Shown piece by piece: positions 1-11,543 of a stretch of DNA of 64,000 bases (position 1 is its first letter; each line of letters opens with the position of its first letter). A model generated the notes under the pieces. The model was given only the letters and a program-made list of their open reading frames with translations. It searched no databases and was not told the origin of the DNA. The position numbers and the translations under genes are program-made. The DNA comes from Spirochaetia bacterium (GTDB lineage: Bacteria; Spirochaetota; Spirochaetia; DSM-16054; Sediminispirochaetaceae): NCBI GenBank assembly GCA_034520965.1, contig JAXHMY010000003.1, forward strand, positions 32,001-96,000, read 5' to 3'.

Positions 1-206
1 ATAGAAATATTAGTGGTTTTCAAAACCTCAATGGAATTCGGTTCGGGACTCCTGTTTACTATTGTTGAATGGACCGGTTCGGTAGTCGCCTCCGCCACCC
101 GATCTTCCACTGTACCAAGCAAATCCGCCGCATCTCCGCACTGCATCAGCAATCCGGCACTCGCAACCACAATCAATACCACAATAATTGTTCTCAACCT
201 TTTCAT
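1..206 (-). CDS. Putative exported/lipoprotein, N-terminal part (runs off the window)
   Basis: Read by hand: ATG at 206 overlaps the TGA of the upstream gene; MKRLRTIIVVLIVVASAGLLMQC signal-like peptide; frame stays open to position 1. Confidence 0.6.
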   Translation of the reverse strand, partial: MKRLRTIIVVLIVVASAGLLMQCGDAADLLGTVEDRVAEATTEPVHSTIVNRSPEPNSIEVLKTTNIS

Positions 207-2401
207 TCCTCTTCCTCCTCCCACACCATGGTGGAGTGTATCTGAGCCGCGTCCGAGGCGCGGCCGGTATCACCGGAGCTCCCCGAGGCCAGATATGCAA
301 AGCGCTCGGCCAACTCAGGATCGATGGTCCCAAGCTCGCTGTAGGCTTCCTCGGCCGCCTGGTAATCTTCGGCGGAGTAGGCAACCCGGGCCATACCCAG
401 CAGGGCCGTCTTGTTGTCGCCGTCGATCTTCAGGGCCCGTGAATATGCCTCCCGGGCCCCAGTGTAGTTTTCATTCAGGTAAGAGATATTCCCCAGGTTG
501 ATAAACCCCGGCACGTAGTCACGACCTCGCACCGCAGCCCGGAACTGCTCCTCGGCCTGCCGGTACTTTCCGTAGCGGGCATAGAGGACCCCCAGGCGGT
601 TACGCAGCCGTACATCCGCCGGGCGCCGCTGCAGGCGGCTGAGCAAACTCTCCTCACGGCCCGAAATCTCGCGGTTTACAAAGCGGTCGAACTGGCTGCC
701 GAACCCCGCTTCCACATCCTCCCGAAGGGGAATGTCCACCTCGTAATCGGAAACACCGAAAGCAACCGGCTCGTAGGTTCGCCACGCCTCTGCGGTGGGG
801 ATGAGCTGCGCCGCCCCTTCCGGATGGTGCTTCCGCCACTGACTTCCCCCCTCCGCCCAGGCGGCGAGAAAACCGTCGCCCAGAATCGTCGTCTCAACGG
901 GAATCCAGACAGAGCCGTCTTCGCGTACGATAAGGTCACCCGGGCGGGAGAAGGTGCGCATCGCCTCGCCCTCGCTCATATCGATCTTAAAGGCTGTGTA
1001 GATGTGCCCCGGCACGGTGATAAAGGCGGTGGATACCCCGGAGGACTCCAGCAGCGCCGCGTAGGCAGCGGAAAGATCGTCGCAGTCGCCCGCCTTGTAC
1101 TGCAGGGTCTGCCGGGGAAACTGCACCGTGTCGATAGCCCCGCCGTCCCGGGACAATTCAAAATAGGAGGATGAAGGATCCACCACATAGGTGCAGCGAT
1201 GGGCCTTCATCGCCTCGAGAAAAACCATGGCCAATTGCAGCTCCCGGGGAAGCGCCTTCACACCCCTGTCCTCCACGATGGAGGCGTTGTTCCGGGCAAA
1301 GCGTTGTACCTCCTCGTCCCTGGCGGTTACAAAGGCGGCAATCTTCGCATCATCGTCCCAGCTGAGGGAGTTGCGGTTGTAGGTATCCAGGGTTACCACT
1401 TCGCCGTCGCTGCCGCCGCGCCCGCCTCGACTCGGAACTTTGTAATCGGCACCAATCTCCGCGGCAACTTTTGCCCCCTCGGTAACCGTTAAAATCTGTT
1501 CGGTAAAGAGGGCGTAGATATCAATCTGCCGCTCCTCTCCCGGATCGAGCTTCTCTATACGGGCGCTTAGTTTGGGTGCATCCATAAACTGCTTCATACT
1601 AAAGCGCACTTCCACATTCTCCACAGGGCGGGTGCCCTCGTTTTTAACAGTAGCACTACCCATGGGGTGGTCGTCGTAGTACTTGTAGAGAACGGGAAAA
1701 ACCCGGTCCAGCTCTACAGAGGTAAAACGGATATACCCGTCCAGAGGCCCGGTGCCGGATCCCGGGCTAAAGTCCGCTCGCGGAATTGCCCCGTTCCCCG
1801 GCCCCGAGAGGCGCAGCGTCGTACCAAGAGATACCGAAAGTCCGTCATAGAGGTCGGTGTAGGAGTCGTAGCCTGCAGCCAGCTCGAGCTTCACCGCCGA
1901 AGAGAGGAGAAGCCCCATACCGGCCCCGCCTCCCCAGGCAAAACCACTCGCCGTACCAGTGCTATCGCCGCCCAGGGACGCGAAATAGCCCGAGACGTGG
2001 GCCCTGGAGAAAAAGCTCAGGCGCTCTCCAAACCCAAATGATGCTCTGAGCCCGATCCCTCCCCGAAGGAGGTTGAGGTAGGTCGATGAGGTAAATCCCT
2101 CCTCCCCCAGATCCAGGGGAATATAGGCAAAACCGGTGTCGAGAACCGGGGTAAGCCATGGCGGCAAAAGCCCTTTCCCATTCTCAGAGAATCCAACCAG
2201 CCCCTCGATCCTAGCACCGAGCCCGGTTTTATAGTTATCCGCCTTGAGGCCCACAGGCATCTGCGCCTCCGGGGTGGCGAATAATCCTATGCTGGACTCA
2301 GCCTGGGCAAAAGCAGAGGGAGTTGAAGTGCACAGCACTACAAAACCACACGCAATTAAAACGAGTGTGTTTTTGTATCGATTTTTTATTCTATTTTTCA
2401 T
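203..2401 (-). CDS. Exported TPR-repeat protein with transglutaminase-like (GDCDD...H) domain
   Basis: 760-aa ORF; likely start MKNRIK at 2401 with GGAGG RBS; signal peptide, AGDCDDLS...PGHIY motif, C-terminal TPR-like helices. Confidence 0.7.
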   Translation of the reverse strand: MKNRIKNRYKNTLVLIACGFVVLCTSTPSAFAQAESSIGLFATPEAQMPVGLKADNYKTGLGARIEGLVGFSENGKGLLPPWLTPVLDTGFAYIPLDLGEEGFTSSTYLNLLRGGIGLRASFGFGERLSFFSRAHVSGYFASLGGDSTGTASGFAWGGGAGMGLLLSSAVKLELAAGYDSYTDLYDGLSVSLGTTLRLSGPGNGAIPRADFSPGSGTGPLDGYIRFTSVELDRVFPVLYKYYDDHPMGSATVKNEGTRPVENVEVRFSMKQFMDAPKLSARIEKLDPGEERQIDIYALFTEQILTVTEGAKVAAEIGADYKVPSRGGRGGSDGEVVTLDTYNRNSLSWDDDAKIAAFVTARDEEVQRFARNNASIVEDRGVKALPRELQLAMVFLEAMKAHRCTYVVDPSSSYFELSRDGGAIDTVQFPRQTLQYKAGDCDDLSAAYAALLESSGVSTAFITVPGHIYTAFKIDMSEGEAMRTFSRPGDLIVREDGSVWIPVETTILGDGFLAAWAEGGSQWRKHHPEGAAQLIPTAEAWRTYEPVAFGVSDYEVDIPLREDVEAGFGSQFDRFVNREISGREESLLSRLQRRPADVRLRNRLGVLYARYGKYRQAEEQFRAAVRGRDYVPGFINLGNISYLNENYTGAREAYSRALKIDGDNKTALLGMARVAYSAEDYQAAEEAYSELGTIDPELAERFAYLASGSSGDTGRASDAAQIHSTMVWEEEEE

Positions 2402-2568
2402 ACAAAACCTCCGTGAGACCGGAGTATACACGCGGCGGGCTGCAGCTGCTCGAGGACTACATAAGCTATACCCTAACTGTATCACTGATGGAGAAATAGC
2501 GTATTGTACGAAGGTACAGTTTTTCTTTTTTTTCTTGTTTTTGCCCGGAGTAACGCTTACTATACAGT

Positions 2569-3843
2569 ATGGCCCTCCTGAATATTCTCAACATTGCCGC
2601 GGCGGCCTTTTGTTTCTACCTCTTTGTCGCCGTGCAGAGGATGAAGGTGCGGCAGCGGGAGCACAGGATTCTCAGCATTACCGCCATAGCCCTCTTCCAG
2701 TGGACTATTACCGCGTACTTTGTCTACAACAGCGAGCAGCTCGAGATTCTGCGGATCCTCCTGCCTATATCCTGCATAGGCATGTTCTTCTTCTTTCCCC
2801 TCAATTTTCATTTTGCCTACTCCCTGGTGTACAGCCGTCCGATGCCCAAGGGGCTCTTTTTCTCTCTCTATACCTCTGCCGCGGCTCTGGCCGTTGCACA
2901 ATTCTTCTACCCTATTTCGATGAAGATAGTCCAAACCGCCCCCGGGGCGGGGGCGGTGACCCAGGCGGTAGGGACCCCGGTTAACCTCTTCTGGATACTC
3001 TACGCCCTCTCCTGCTGGTTGCTACCAACAGTATTCTATATCCGTTACAGGCGTGCGGCAGAGCTTAACAGGCAGAGGAGACAGGCGGATATCCTTATTA
3101 GAATGATAGTTTTTACCATCCTCATCGTCATGGCCGAGTACTACCTGCCTCTGCTCATTTCCTGGTGGAACACCCCTTCCCGCTCTCCTATACTCTTTAC
3201 TCCATGGGTTGCCGCGATGGTCTACGCTATATGGAACTACGGCTTCCTGCGTATTGCACCCGGGCTGCTCACCGGCAAGATCCTCGACTCTATCGAAGAT
3301 ATTGTCATCCTCTACTCCATGGACGGGAAGGCGGTGTACAGGAACCGAAAGGCACTCTGCTTACTCGGCGACGGCAATTGTCACCGTATAGGAGAAGTCG
3401 ACATCCTCAAAAAAGCGGTGGAACCGGTGGTGCGGCGGCACGAATCCTGGACCACAGACTACCCGGAAAAACAGTTGAGCATGCAGGTGCCGCAGCAGGC
3501 TCACGGGGAGCATACCGAACTCGCTGCTTCTACCGAATCCCTTACCGTAAAGTTTCGCATCAAACCCGTTCTCGACAGATTCAACGATCCCCTCGGAGTT
3601 CTAGTTACGGGGACGCCTGTCCCTCGTTATGGGGATATTCTGCAGGCCTACCACCTCTCCAGGAGGGAGGCGGAGGTGCTCGAACACCTCATGGCGGGAT
3701 GGACTATTGAGAAAACAGCACGTGCACTCTTTATTACCGAGCGAACGGTAAAAGCTCACATTTCCAGCATCTATGAAAAAACAGGAGCCACGAACCGAAT
3801 AGAACTTGCCAACTTACTCGCTCCCACCGACCGCATAATGTGA
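2569..3843 (+). CDS. Membrane-anchored LuxR-family transcriptional regulator (N-terminal 7TM sensor region)
   Basis: About 7 hydrophobic segments, then the LuxR HTH LSRREAEVL...ITERTVKAHISSIYEK. Confidence 0.8.
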   Translation: MALLNILNIAAAAFCFYLFVAVQRMKVRQREHRILSITAIALFQWTITAYFVYNSEQLEILRILLPISCIGMFFFFPLNFHFAYSLVYSRPMPKGLFFSLYTSAAALAVAQFFYPISMKIVQTAPGAGAVTQAVGTPVNLFWILYALSCWLLPTVFYIRYRRAAELNRQRRQADILIRMIVFTILIVMAEYYLPLLISWWNTPSRSPILFTPWVAAMVYAIWNYGFLRIAPGLLTGKILDSIEDIVILYSMDGKAVYRNRKALCLLGDGNCHRIGEVDILKKAVEPVVRRHESWTTDYPEKQLSMQVPQQAHGEHTELAASTESLTVKFRIKPVLDRFNDPLGVLVTGTPVPRYGDILQAYHLSRREAEVLEHLMAGWTIEKTARALFITERTVKAHISSIYEKTGATNRIELANLLAPTDRIM

Positions 3844-4028
3844 AGTTTTTATGCAATAAACTCCATCCTTATCCGGATTCATCATCTTCCCCATCGATAA
3901 ATAGCTCCTGGATTTCATCAATGCGGCCCAGAAAGTCTTTTTCCGCCTTACTTTCTTTTATTTTGAACCTAAATTCATAACAATTAGAAATCAAGGGATC
4001 CTAAAAAAGCCGCATGCCAGGGGGCACT

Positions 4029-4796
4029 TCAAGCTGATTGCTCCAGTTCTGCGATATAGTGGCGCTCGGTATACTCGGCAATCCGCACAAAACGCTTGAG
4101 GGTCTCCCGGCTGCGGTCCTGCACCAGTGCCTCCAGCTGTTCCATCACCTCCACAGCGTAGTGCAAAGCCACCACCTCCTCCTCGGAGGCAATTAGGTCG
4201 CGAATGGCCCGAAGCACCTCGAGGGTGGCTTCCACCGTCCTTCGCCGCATGCCCAGCTCGGTGAGCGTTTTCAAGTGCTCGATCATATGTTCGATATCCC
4301 GCCGGGGTACGGCTATAAAGGCGTGGCGCAGCAAAGCATCAGGAATCTCTTCAGCGGGCTTTCCGTTGAGTCCTTCCTCTTCACGCAACTCCTGTATATT
4401 CTCCGTCGCCCGCTGCTCCACTTTGATAGAATGGCTAAATGTAGCGAGCACCTCCAATCCCGCCCGTGCGGCGGTCACCAAGCTTCCGCCGTGTTTTACC
4501 ATAAAGCCCGGCATCTTGGGCAGCAGGGCCAGTAAACGGACGCGGTTATTGAGAATATCCACTACCGCCTCTACGCTCTCATCCCGGCGTTTACGCTGTT
4601 CCCCGGCTGGGTAGAGGACTTCCTGGAAAAATGCTTTAACCTGATCAACGGTGTGTTGATCGAGCCCCTTCCAAAAGCCCCTCTTCTTCGATGGCGGGGA
4701 TGGATTCGAGATAGTCGAGCCGGTATCTGCGCTCCACTTCTTCTCTGAAGAACGCAATGAAGCAGAGACGCAAAGCCTCGATATCCTGTGGTTCAT
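4029..4796 (-). CDS. Hypothetical protein
   Basis: 255-aa ORF with helical, protein-like composition; no recognised motif. Confidence 0.55.
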   Translation of the reverse strand: MNHRISRLCVSASLRSSEKKWSADTGSTISNPSPPSKKRGFWKGLDQHTVDQVKAFFQEVLYPAGEQRKRRDESVEAVVDILNNRVRLLALLPKMPGFMVKHGGSLVTAARAGLEVLATFSHSIKVEQRATENIQELREEEGLNGKPAEEIPDALLRHAFIAVPRRDIEHMIEHLKTLTELGMRRRTVEATLEVLRAIRDLIASEEEVVALHYAVEVMEQLEALVQDRSRETLKRFVRIAEYTERHYIAELEQSA

Positions 4797-5016
4797 GTGT
4801 TTCGTTCATCATTACCTAGTGTAATGGCGGTGGTGCGGGGAGTAAAGACATTGACCTCTTTTTATTACCGTAGAGAATGTCATCTTTTATCTGCTTTCTG
4901 TCTCACTTGATTCACTATTTGGAATTGCTGTAATTAAAAATAATAACTTGTTTCATAATGAAAACTGTTCTATTATTAGTGTAGATTTATGTCTATTTTT
5001 TAAAAGGAGGCATTCG

Positions 5017-5757
5017 ATGAAAATAATCACGGTTTTTAAGGAAAGTATTGCAGCAGCAAAGGGTAACCCGCTGATTTTTGTTCCAATGTTAGCTTCCATT
5101 GTGTTCTCGGCAATCATCAGCCTTATTTTTGCCGGTTCGGCTATGCCTATGATGAGCAGATTCTCCGGAGAGCAGATTGCTGCCAATCCGGAACAGGCTT
5201 TGGCAGGAGCCGGAGCAGCTGCCGGCAGTATTATGTTTGTAAGTATAATCGGCAGCTTTGTCAGTCTTTTGGCGCATGGAATGACTGTCGGGATGGCCGA
5301 TATAGCCTTTAAAGGCGAATCTGTAACACTAAAAACCGGTTGGATGCGCCTGGTTTCACGTATAGTTCCTCTTGTCATTGCCACCATTGTGGTTGTTATC
5401 ATTGTAACTTTTGGAATGATCCTGCTGGTTCTTCCAGGCTTGATTGCGGCTTTTCTCCTTATATTTACGCTGATAGCAGTCATGTTGGATAATCTTTCAG
5501 CTTGGAAAGCATTGGGCCGCAGTGTTAAAACGGTCAAAAAAAACTTCGGGGCCGTGCTTATCACTTTTCTGGTGATAATCGGACTGACATTCCTGGTCGG
5601 AATCTTGAACTTCGTTGTTGTATTCATTCCCATATTAGGGGCGATTCTGTCTATTATAATTTTTTCAATCTACACGGCGTTTATAACGATTTTACTGGTT
5701 CGTGTATACCAAAATCTTGATGTGCAGACCGACACTTCTCCGGAAGTTGAAACCTGA
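5017..5757 (+). CDS. Integral membrane protein, paralog of 52492-53226
   Basis: AGGAGG RBS before ATG 5017; multiple TM segments; shares LLAHGMT and LLVLPG motifs with the 52.5-kb gene. Confidence 0.7.
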   Translation: MKIITVFKESIAAAKGNPLIFVPMLASIVFSAIISLIFAGSAMPMMSRFSGEQIAANPEQALAGAGAAAGSIMFVSIIGSFVSLLAHGMTVGMADIAFKGESVTLKTGWMRLVSRIVPLVIATIVVVIIVTFGMILLVLPGLIAAFLLIFTLIAVMLDNLSAWKALGRSVKTVKKNFGAVLITFLVIIGLTFLVGILNFVVVFIPILGAILSIIIFSIYTAFITILLVRVYQNLDVQTDTSPEVET

Positions 5758-5837
5758 TCATTCAAGGTAGTTGATGAACTTTTTTTCAGTAAAAACATAT
5801 TCTGTGTGCTGAAGTAATGGCAACTTACCAAGCCCGC

Positions 5838-7027
5838 CTATGCTTTCTTTTTGTACGGGACCGCTTCGTCAAGACTTTGGATGTAGCTCTCTTCATATGC
5901 GTTAATGCGGTCCATGTTCGTTTCGAGAATCCACCGCATGTCGGGATCGAAAAAGTAGTGGAGGCTCCAGTTAGGCACGGCGCGAAAACCTCGACGCAGC
6001 TTGTGGGGTGAACCCATCCCAGGGTCGAAGATTGTAATTCCGTTCTCTATGGCCCATTCGATAGGAGTATAGTAACAGGTGTTGAAGTGAAGATCCTTTA
6101 TAGTTCGACGCGCTCCCCAGTACCGTCCGATGAGACGGTCATTTTTCACCACCAGCATCGACAGTGCAATAGGATCCTCGGGTGGAGCAAGCTCAGGTGC
6201 GGCGACCTCGCCATTTTTCACTTTAGAATCTTCGTGCGCCGCGGCAAACCACACCCATTGCCGGACGCGCTCCGGCATCTCAGTGAAGAATTTCGTTGAG
6301 AGAAAGCGCGCAGCATAGGGGCCGAATTGTGCGTTCGTGTGAAGGTAGTACTCCGCCATCCTAGCAAAGTAGAGCTCCGGCGCCTCTGTACCGGGAAGGA
6401 CCCGCATCGTGATTCCCTGCTCCTGAAGAGACGGCGCTCGCGCCGGATGTTGCGGCGCTGGTTCTTGCGAAACCGACCTAAGTAATCATCGAATGAGGAA
6501 AATGATTCGTTGCGCCACTCGAAGCCCTGATGTTTCCATGCGCACATCCCCAGGGCGGCAAGACGCCGTTTCCATTCGGGCAGGACAAAGTTGAACTGCA
6601 GTACTGGGATCTCTTCTTCCCGACAGATTTCGGTGATCGCATGGAAGATCGCGGTGGTCAGCTCTTCCTCTCTACCGGGAACGATAAGGAAGGAGAAGGC
6701 CGGCGTCGGACTGGCCGGGCTCATGCCCACCAGTTTAGGATAATAGGTCTTTCCAAGTTTTTCGGCGAGTTCAGCAAAGGCGAAATCGAAAACAAACTCA
6801 CCCCAGCTGTTGTTCCGGAGGTAGAGGGGGACTGCGGCTATCATCTCTCCTCCCTCGTGTACCGTCAAGTGACGCGCCTCCCAGCCCTGTCCCGGGTCGA
6901 TACCTCCCCGTTCTTCAAGGTGTTCCAACCAGTCCCAGGACATTAAGGGTGTAGGCGAAAATCGAACAAGCCTATTCCACTGGCCACGGTCTATGTCGCT
7001 AATCGAACGGTTACGTCGGAACTCCAT
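5838..7027 (-). CDS. GNAT/FemAB-like peptidoglycan-related acyltransferase (DUF482-like), split by one frameshift near 6420
   Basis: ORFs 6218-7063 and 5838-6407 join; motifs SWGEFVFDFAFA, GRYWG, LHFNTCYYTPIEWAI, HKLRRGF. Confidence 0.7.
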
Positions 7028-7304
7028 AAGGCAATGGTAACGAAAGGCAAGGTGCCGAAGCAATAGTTCAGCTACTCATTCTGAATGATTTCGTTTTTCG
7101 CCGTTACTCATCCGAGGAGGCAGAACTGCTGTATGCAATCTCCGATGATATCAATATATTTTTATATTTTACTTATAACCCATTTTAAGTACAGTCCTTA
7201 GTATTATGTATTCAACTAAATATCAGTATATTCACGAATCATTAATTTTTTTATAGTAACTCGTAACAAAATATCTATTTGAAATTATACATTTACTATC
7301 TTAT

Positions 7305-7335
7305 CCGCCAGGTCAACTCCAAGTGCTTGTTAAAA
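7305..7335 (-). repeat. Half attC site (gene-proximal arm only); distal end of the array
   Basis: CCGCCAGGTCAACTCCAAGTGCTTGTTA matches one arm of the repeat; the other arm is absent. Confidence 0.7.
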
Positions 7336-7345
7336 ACCTTTTTTA

Positions 7346-8556
7346 TTAGTATAGAAAACCAAATAAATACAATGGGATTTCCTTTTTATTACCATAAAGA
7401 ATATCATCCTTTACTAAATAGGATTTATCTAGTTCTTTTTTTATCTGCTTTTTATCTTTTTTCTTTCCGCCTATTTCAAATATTTTATTATTCACTAAAA
7501 AATCCCCTACCTCATTATAATATATTTTATTCCCGGAGTTTTTTAACATTTTTATAAAAAAGATCTCTCTTATTGTTTTCATCTGTGCCTCATATCCTAT
7601 CTCTTCTATAATAGCGGAATATAAGTCCTGATTATCAAGATACATCTTTTCAGTATTTTTTAATAAATTGCTGCCTGCCTTATTCCTTTTTAGGAGTTCA
7701 ATCAGTCCCGTTTCATATAATATCATTAAGTAATTTTGTATAGTCTTATTATCCAATCCAATATTTTTTGAAATGCTATTTATATTTAGCTCTCCCGGTG
7801 GAATAGTGGCAAGATAAGATAAAATTCTTTTAAAATGAAATAAGTTTTCAGTTTTTAATTTATAGTAGTTCGATATATCTTCAAATATGACCTTTTCTAT
7901 CACTCTCAGTATTTTTTGATGATACTGTTCTTTATCTTCCAAGTAAAAAGGATAATATCCACTGTTCAAGTATTCTTTAAAATGCCCTTTGATTTTTTTA
8001 ATTGATGATAGATTGCTTTCTAGTTCGCTTCTATTTTCTAATATCTCTTTCAATGTAGTATTTTCCGTTTCATAAATGTCATTAAAAAGCAAATACTCGC
8101 GAAAGGACATTCCATCCATACGATACAATACACCTCGTCTGGATAAATCATAGGTGCCTTTAATCAGGTCAATACTCGAACTACCAGAAAAGATCAATTT
8201 AATATCAGGATACGAATCATAAGCATTCTTCAACTCTTGATTCCATCGAGCGTATTTATGGATCTCATCAAAGAAAAAATATCTTACCCCATAGTCCTCA
8301 TATAACTCATTTATAAAGTCTATAATGGTATTTTTAGAAAAATATATATGATCAACTGATACATAGATGCACTCATCCTTGTCCCTTATATTCTCTTGTA
8401 TATATTGTAGTAACAGAGTAGTCTTGCCAGTACCTCGTGGACCAATCAATCCAGTTAGACGACTATTGATATTGAACTCTTTATAGATATACCTGTGATA
8501 CTGATAATTGTATTCTCTAATAGACGCTTATAAGTAGCAATAAAATTTGTTAACAT
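7346..8556 (-). CDS. AAA+ ATPase (AAA_14/DUF4143-type) cassette; N-terminus frameshifted
   Basis: Walker A GPRGTGKT, Walker B FFFDEIH, FSGSSS; probable ATG at 8556 is out of frame with the 7346-8449 ORF. Confidence 0.75.
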
Positions 8557-8624
8557 TAGAGTAAACTCCTATAATAACAACCCTAATCTTGAGTATACTC
8601 CAATATTTTGTATTTGAAAAGTGT

Positions 8625-8758
8625 TTTTAACCTTCACTTGAGCTGCCTGGCGCTGTCACGCTATAACTCATATTCTTTATCAAATTTACACCGGTTTCTC
8701 AAATCAAAAAACACTTTTCACTATTTACCACCAGATCAACTCCAAGTGGTTGTTATGT
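8625..8758 (-). repeat. attC site
   Basis: TAACCTTCACTTGAGCTGCCTGG...CCAGATCAACTCCAAGTGGTTGTTA imperfect palindrome. Confidence 0.85.
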
Positions 8759-9460
8759 TCATTTTTTACTATTTTTTCTCCATATACCAGTATATTCTGG
8801 TACAATTTTCTTTTTATTCTTTAATATATTTTTTCCCATTTCTGCTCCAAAGAAGAACCCAATTGTTTCTGCTGCTTCTTCGTAATTCTTGAACTTAAAA
8901 TCTGTACTTACAATTGTATTCTCAAATCCATATTTGTTTTCTAATAGGTTATAGAAATATTTCAAAGCATTAGTATTTATTTTAGGTTCATTAACGTTTG
9001 TTCCCATAGTTTCAATTATTATTATTTCCCCTCCATTGATAATATTTTCATTTATATTCTTAATTAATTTTTCTGTTGTTCTTTTTATATTATTACTGTT
9101 TTCCACAATTGTGTGACCAAAACTCCAGCCCTCAATAAATATATGTGCTTTTTCTCTTATTACTGGAAGAGACTCATTATCTCCTACTTGTAGTATCATT
9201 CTATCTTTATACTTATTTAAATTTTCTTCACATTTCGAAAGCATATGATCTTCTTTGTCAAACCCATAGACTTTTTCTATTTTATCAATATATATTTTTG
9301 TTAATCTACCTGTTCCGATACCTGCTTCGTATACGATCTTTTTATTCCAATCAATATTGTTAACTAGTTGTTCGATTAGTATCCGCTGATAATCTTCTGC
9401 TTTAACTAAATTATCATATTCTTCAGCGTACTTTTTATATATTTCTTGCATTGTTGGCAT
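8759..9460 (-). CDS. Class I SAM-dependent methyltransferase cassette (diverged paralog)
   Basis: YEAGIGTGRL motif; clearly homologous to 37422-38120. Confidence 0.8.
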   Translation of the reverse strand: MPTMQEIYKKYAEEYDNLVKAEDYQRILIEQLVNNIDWNKKIVYEAGIGTGRLTKIYIDKIEKVYGFDKEDHMLSKCEENLNKYKDRMILQVGDNESLPVIREKAHIFIEGWSFGHTIVENSNNIKRTTEKLIKNINENIINGGEIIIIETMGTNVNEPKINTNALKYFYNLLENKYGFENTIVSTDFKFKNYEEAAETIGFFFGAEMGKNILKNKKKIVPEYTGIWRKNSKK

Positions 9461-9569
9461 TTTATTTACCTACACTTTTTCAATTGCTATTGTTCTATCC
9501 AATAATTTATTTAAAATTGTTTCTTACCGTTACCAGTATTATAATAAATTTGATTTCTTTACTAAATGA

Positions 9570-9704
9570 ACATAACGGTCACTTGAGCAGCTTTACTCTG
9601 TTATCATATAGCCCAATCTCTTTAAATAGTGTAACTCCAGTTCTCCAAATCAACAACTTCTTTGCCATATTCACCGCCAAGTCAAGTCCTAGTGGTTATT
9701 ATAT
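9570..9704 (-). repeat. attC site (degenerate; core mutated)
   Basis: ACATAACGGTCACTTGAG...GTCAAGTCCTAGTGGTTATTAT. Confidence 0.75.
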
Positions 9705-9998
9705 GGTGTTTTACTATTTTATTATAAAAGATGGACGTACATTCCACTGTATATTTCCATTTGTAAGAATCGATATCGTTTTCTTATTGATTTTTATTAT
9801 CCTCCCTTCAATTATCTGATTGTTATTATCTTCAAATTTTTACCCATTCTACTATAGTGTATTTTCTCATTGCATTTGAAGCTTCAATCTGATGTAATAC
9901 ATTTATTCTCTCAACCACCATCTTATTCAATGAAATTAACTCATTGATTGAAAGCCCTTTTATAAACTCTTCTCTTTTCTTGTGTTGGATTGTTCTTT

Positions 9999-10260
9999 TT
10001 ACTCATAATGTGTCCACATTCGAATTATCTTTACGATTCTCTCTTTTTCATACACCTGATATACTATACGGTGTTGGATGTTTATTCTTCGTGAAAAGGA
10101 TCCTGCTAAATCGCCTAATAGTCTTTCGTCAGGAAGGACATCTTCAATGGATCTCCCCTTTGAAGTGTATCGTATTTTCTCGGCGTTCTTTTTCGAATTC
10201 GACTTGCGTGATTTTTTTCGCATCTTTTTGTGCTTGTTTTGTATATACCAGTTTATACAA
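9999..10260 (-). pseudogene. Txe/YoeB-family toxin, frameshifted
   Basis: C-terminal LLGDLAGSFSRRINIQHRIVY...RMWTHYE; the N-terminus (LYKLVYTKQAQKDAKK) is in another frame. Confidence 0.7.
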
Positions 10261-10266
10261 CAGCCT

Positions 10267-10512
10267 TTACCACTCTATTTCTTCAGCACATTCGTCTATA
10301 TCGGCCTTCATCCCTTCTATTATTGATTCTCTCATACCCGGGATTGATGTAAGATACAATGTCTCTTCAATGTTTTTCCAATCTTCTTCGCTTATGATAA
10401 CCGCTGTTCCCTTCTTTCCGGTTATGTGTACCGGCTCATGAGATTCTATTACTTGTTCTATCAGTTTATACAAATCTTTTCTTGCGTTTGTTATGTTTAT
10501 TGTATTATTCAT
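10267..10512 (-). CDS. Phd/YefM-family antitoxin
   Basis: TNARKDLYKLI...PVHITGKKGTAVIISEEDW...ETLYL; directly upstream of the YoeB-like gene. Confidence 0.85.
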   Translation of the reverse strand: MNNTINITNARKDLYKLIEQVIESHEPVHITGKKGTAVIISEEDWKNIEETLYLTSIPGMRESIIEGMKADIDECAEEIEW

Positions 10513-10616
10513 CCTTACTCCTCGTACGTAATAACGTACTACAAATTTACCCTGATTTTTATGATCAGTCAACAAGTATTTACTTAGTTATTTATTATTT
10601 TATTAGTTTGAACATA

Positions 10617-10751
10617 ATATAACGTTCACTTGAGATGCTTGGCGCTAACAGTATATAGCCCACTCACTTTAACCATTGTAACTCTACATTTCCAATTCAA
10701 AAATCTCTTTGCCATATTCACCGCCAGGTCAACTCCAAGTGGTTGTTATCC
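10617..10751 (-). repeat. attC site (identical to 39108-39242)
   Basis: Full repeat with variant GAGATGCTTGGCGCTAACAG. Confidence 0.9.
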
Positions 10752-11048
10752 AGCAATTTTGTCTTTATCGACCAATTGCCCAGTTATATACTTATGAACA
10801 ACACTTTTTATAAATGTTTGATATTTTAATCCCTCTTTCGAAGCATATTCTTTTATCTTTTCAAGCTCATAGGGATCGATTCTAATATTCATTTTCTTTT
10901 CATTTTTCACAAACTCCCTTGCGGCTTCTTGGATTTTGTCCTGTTCTTCAGCTTTTGATTTTGACAGTGTTTCATAATCCAGCCCATCAATAGATTCTAT
11001 CAACTCTTTTTCTTCTTCATCTAAAAAATCAGTATCATATTTATTCAT
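10746..11048 (-). CDS. Antitoxin with C-terminal ribbon-helix-helix (BrnA/CopG-like)
   Basis: KMNIRIDPYELEKIKEYASKEGLKYQTFIKSVVH; overlaps the upstream toxin-like gene. Confidence 0.75.
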   Translation of the reverse strand: MNKYDTDFLDEEEKELIESIDGLDYETLSKSKAEEQDKIQEAAREFVKNEKKMNIRIDPYELEKIKEYASKEGLKYQTFIKSVVHKYITGQLVDKDKIAG

Positions 11049-11313
11049 AAGTTTCCTCCTCTATAAGGTACTTAAATTTCCTGTTTGGATAGATAGTCTT
11101 TAAAAACCATGTATCTCCCTCTACAACATAGGGAACACAGTATGCATAACCATCTATTTCAACAACCATTACTTTTTGATTTGAATATTTCTCTCTGTTT
11201 GGATTATCAAAATTGAGCAGTACACCCTTTTCAGCAATTGCTTCAATGACGTTATAGAAAATAACACCTCTTTTTTTTAAACAAGAGTATGTTCTTTTAT
11301 TGACTAAAATCAA
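11041..11313 (-). CDS. BrnT-like toxin (N-terminus possibly frameshifted)
   Basis: LKKRGVIF...NPNREKYSNQ...YAYCVPYV...FLKTIYPNRK. Confidence 0.7.
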   Translation of the reverse strand: MILVNKRTYSCLKKRGVIFYNVIEAIAEKGVLLNFDNPNREKYSNQKVMVVEIDGYAYCVPYVVEGDTWFLKTIYPNRKFKYLIEEETYE

Positions 11314-11490
11314 ACTTTATACTACTAATATAATACGTTGTGCGCACTTTGTCTACATGCTTGTTAATGTTATTTTTTCTTGTGTTAGAACTAAGAACAC
11401 ATTTCAGTAATTTTTCTTAAAAGCACTTATTCGAACTATTGTATTTATTTTGTAATTATTTTTACATTTTCTAAGAACTGTGTAGCAATG

Positions 11491-11529
11491 AATATTCACC
11501 GCCAGGTCAACTTTAAGTGGTTGTTATAT
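11491..11529 (-). repeat. Half attC site (gene-proximal arm only)
   Basis: ATATTCACCGCCAGGTCAACTTTAAGTGGTTGTTA; the distal arm is missing. Confidence 0.75.
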
Positions 11530-11543
11530 GGTGTTCATTCTTC

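Noticed and set aside
2244..2984. Long alternative-frame ORFs (also 23105-23821, 31368-32267, 4953-5633)
   Set aside because: Shadow ORFs overlapping well-supported genes
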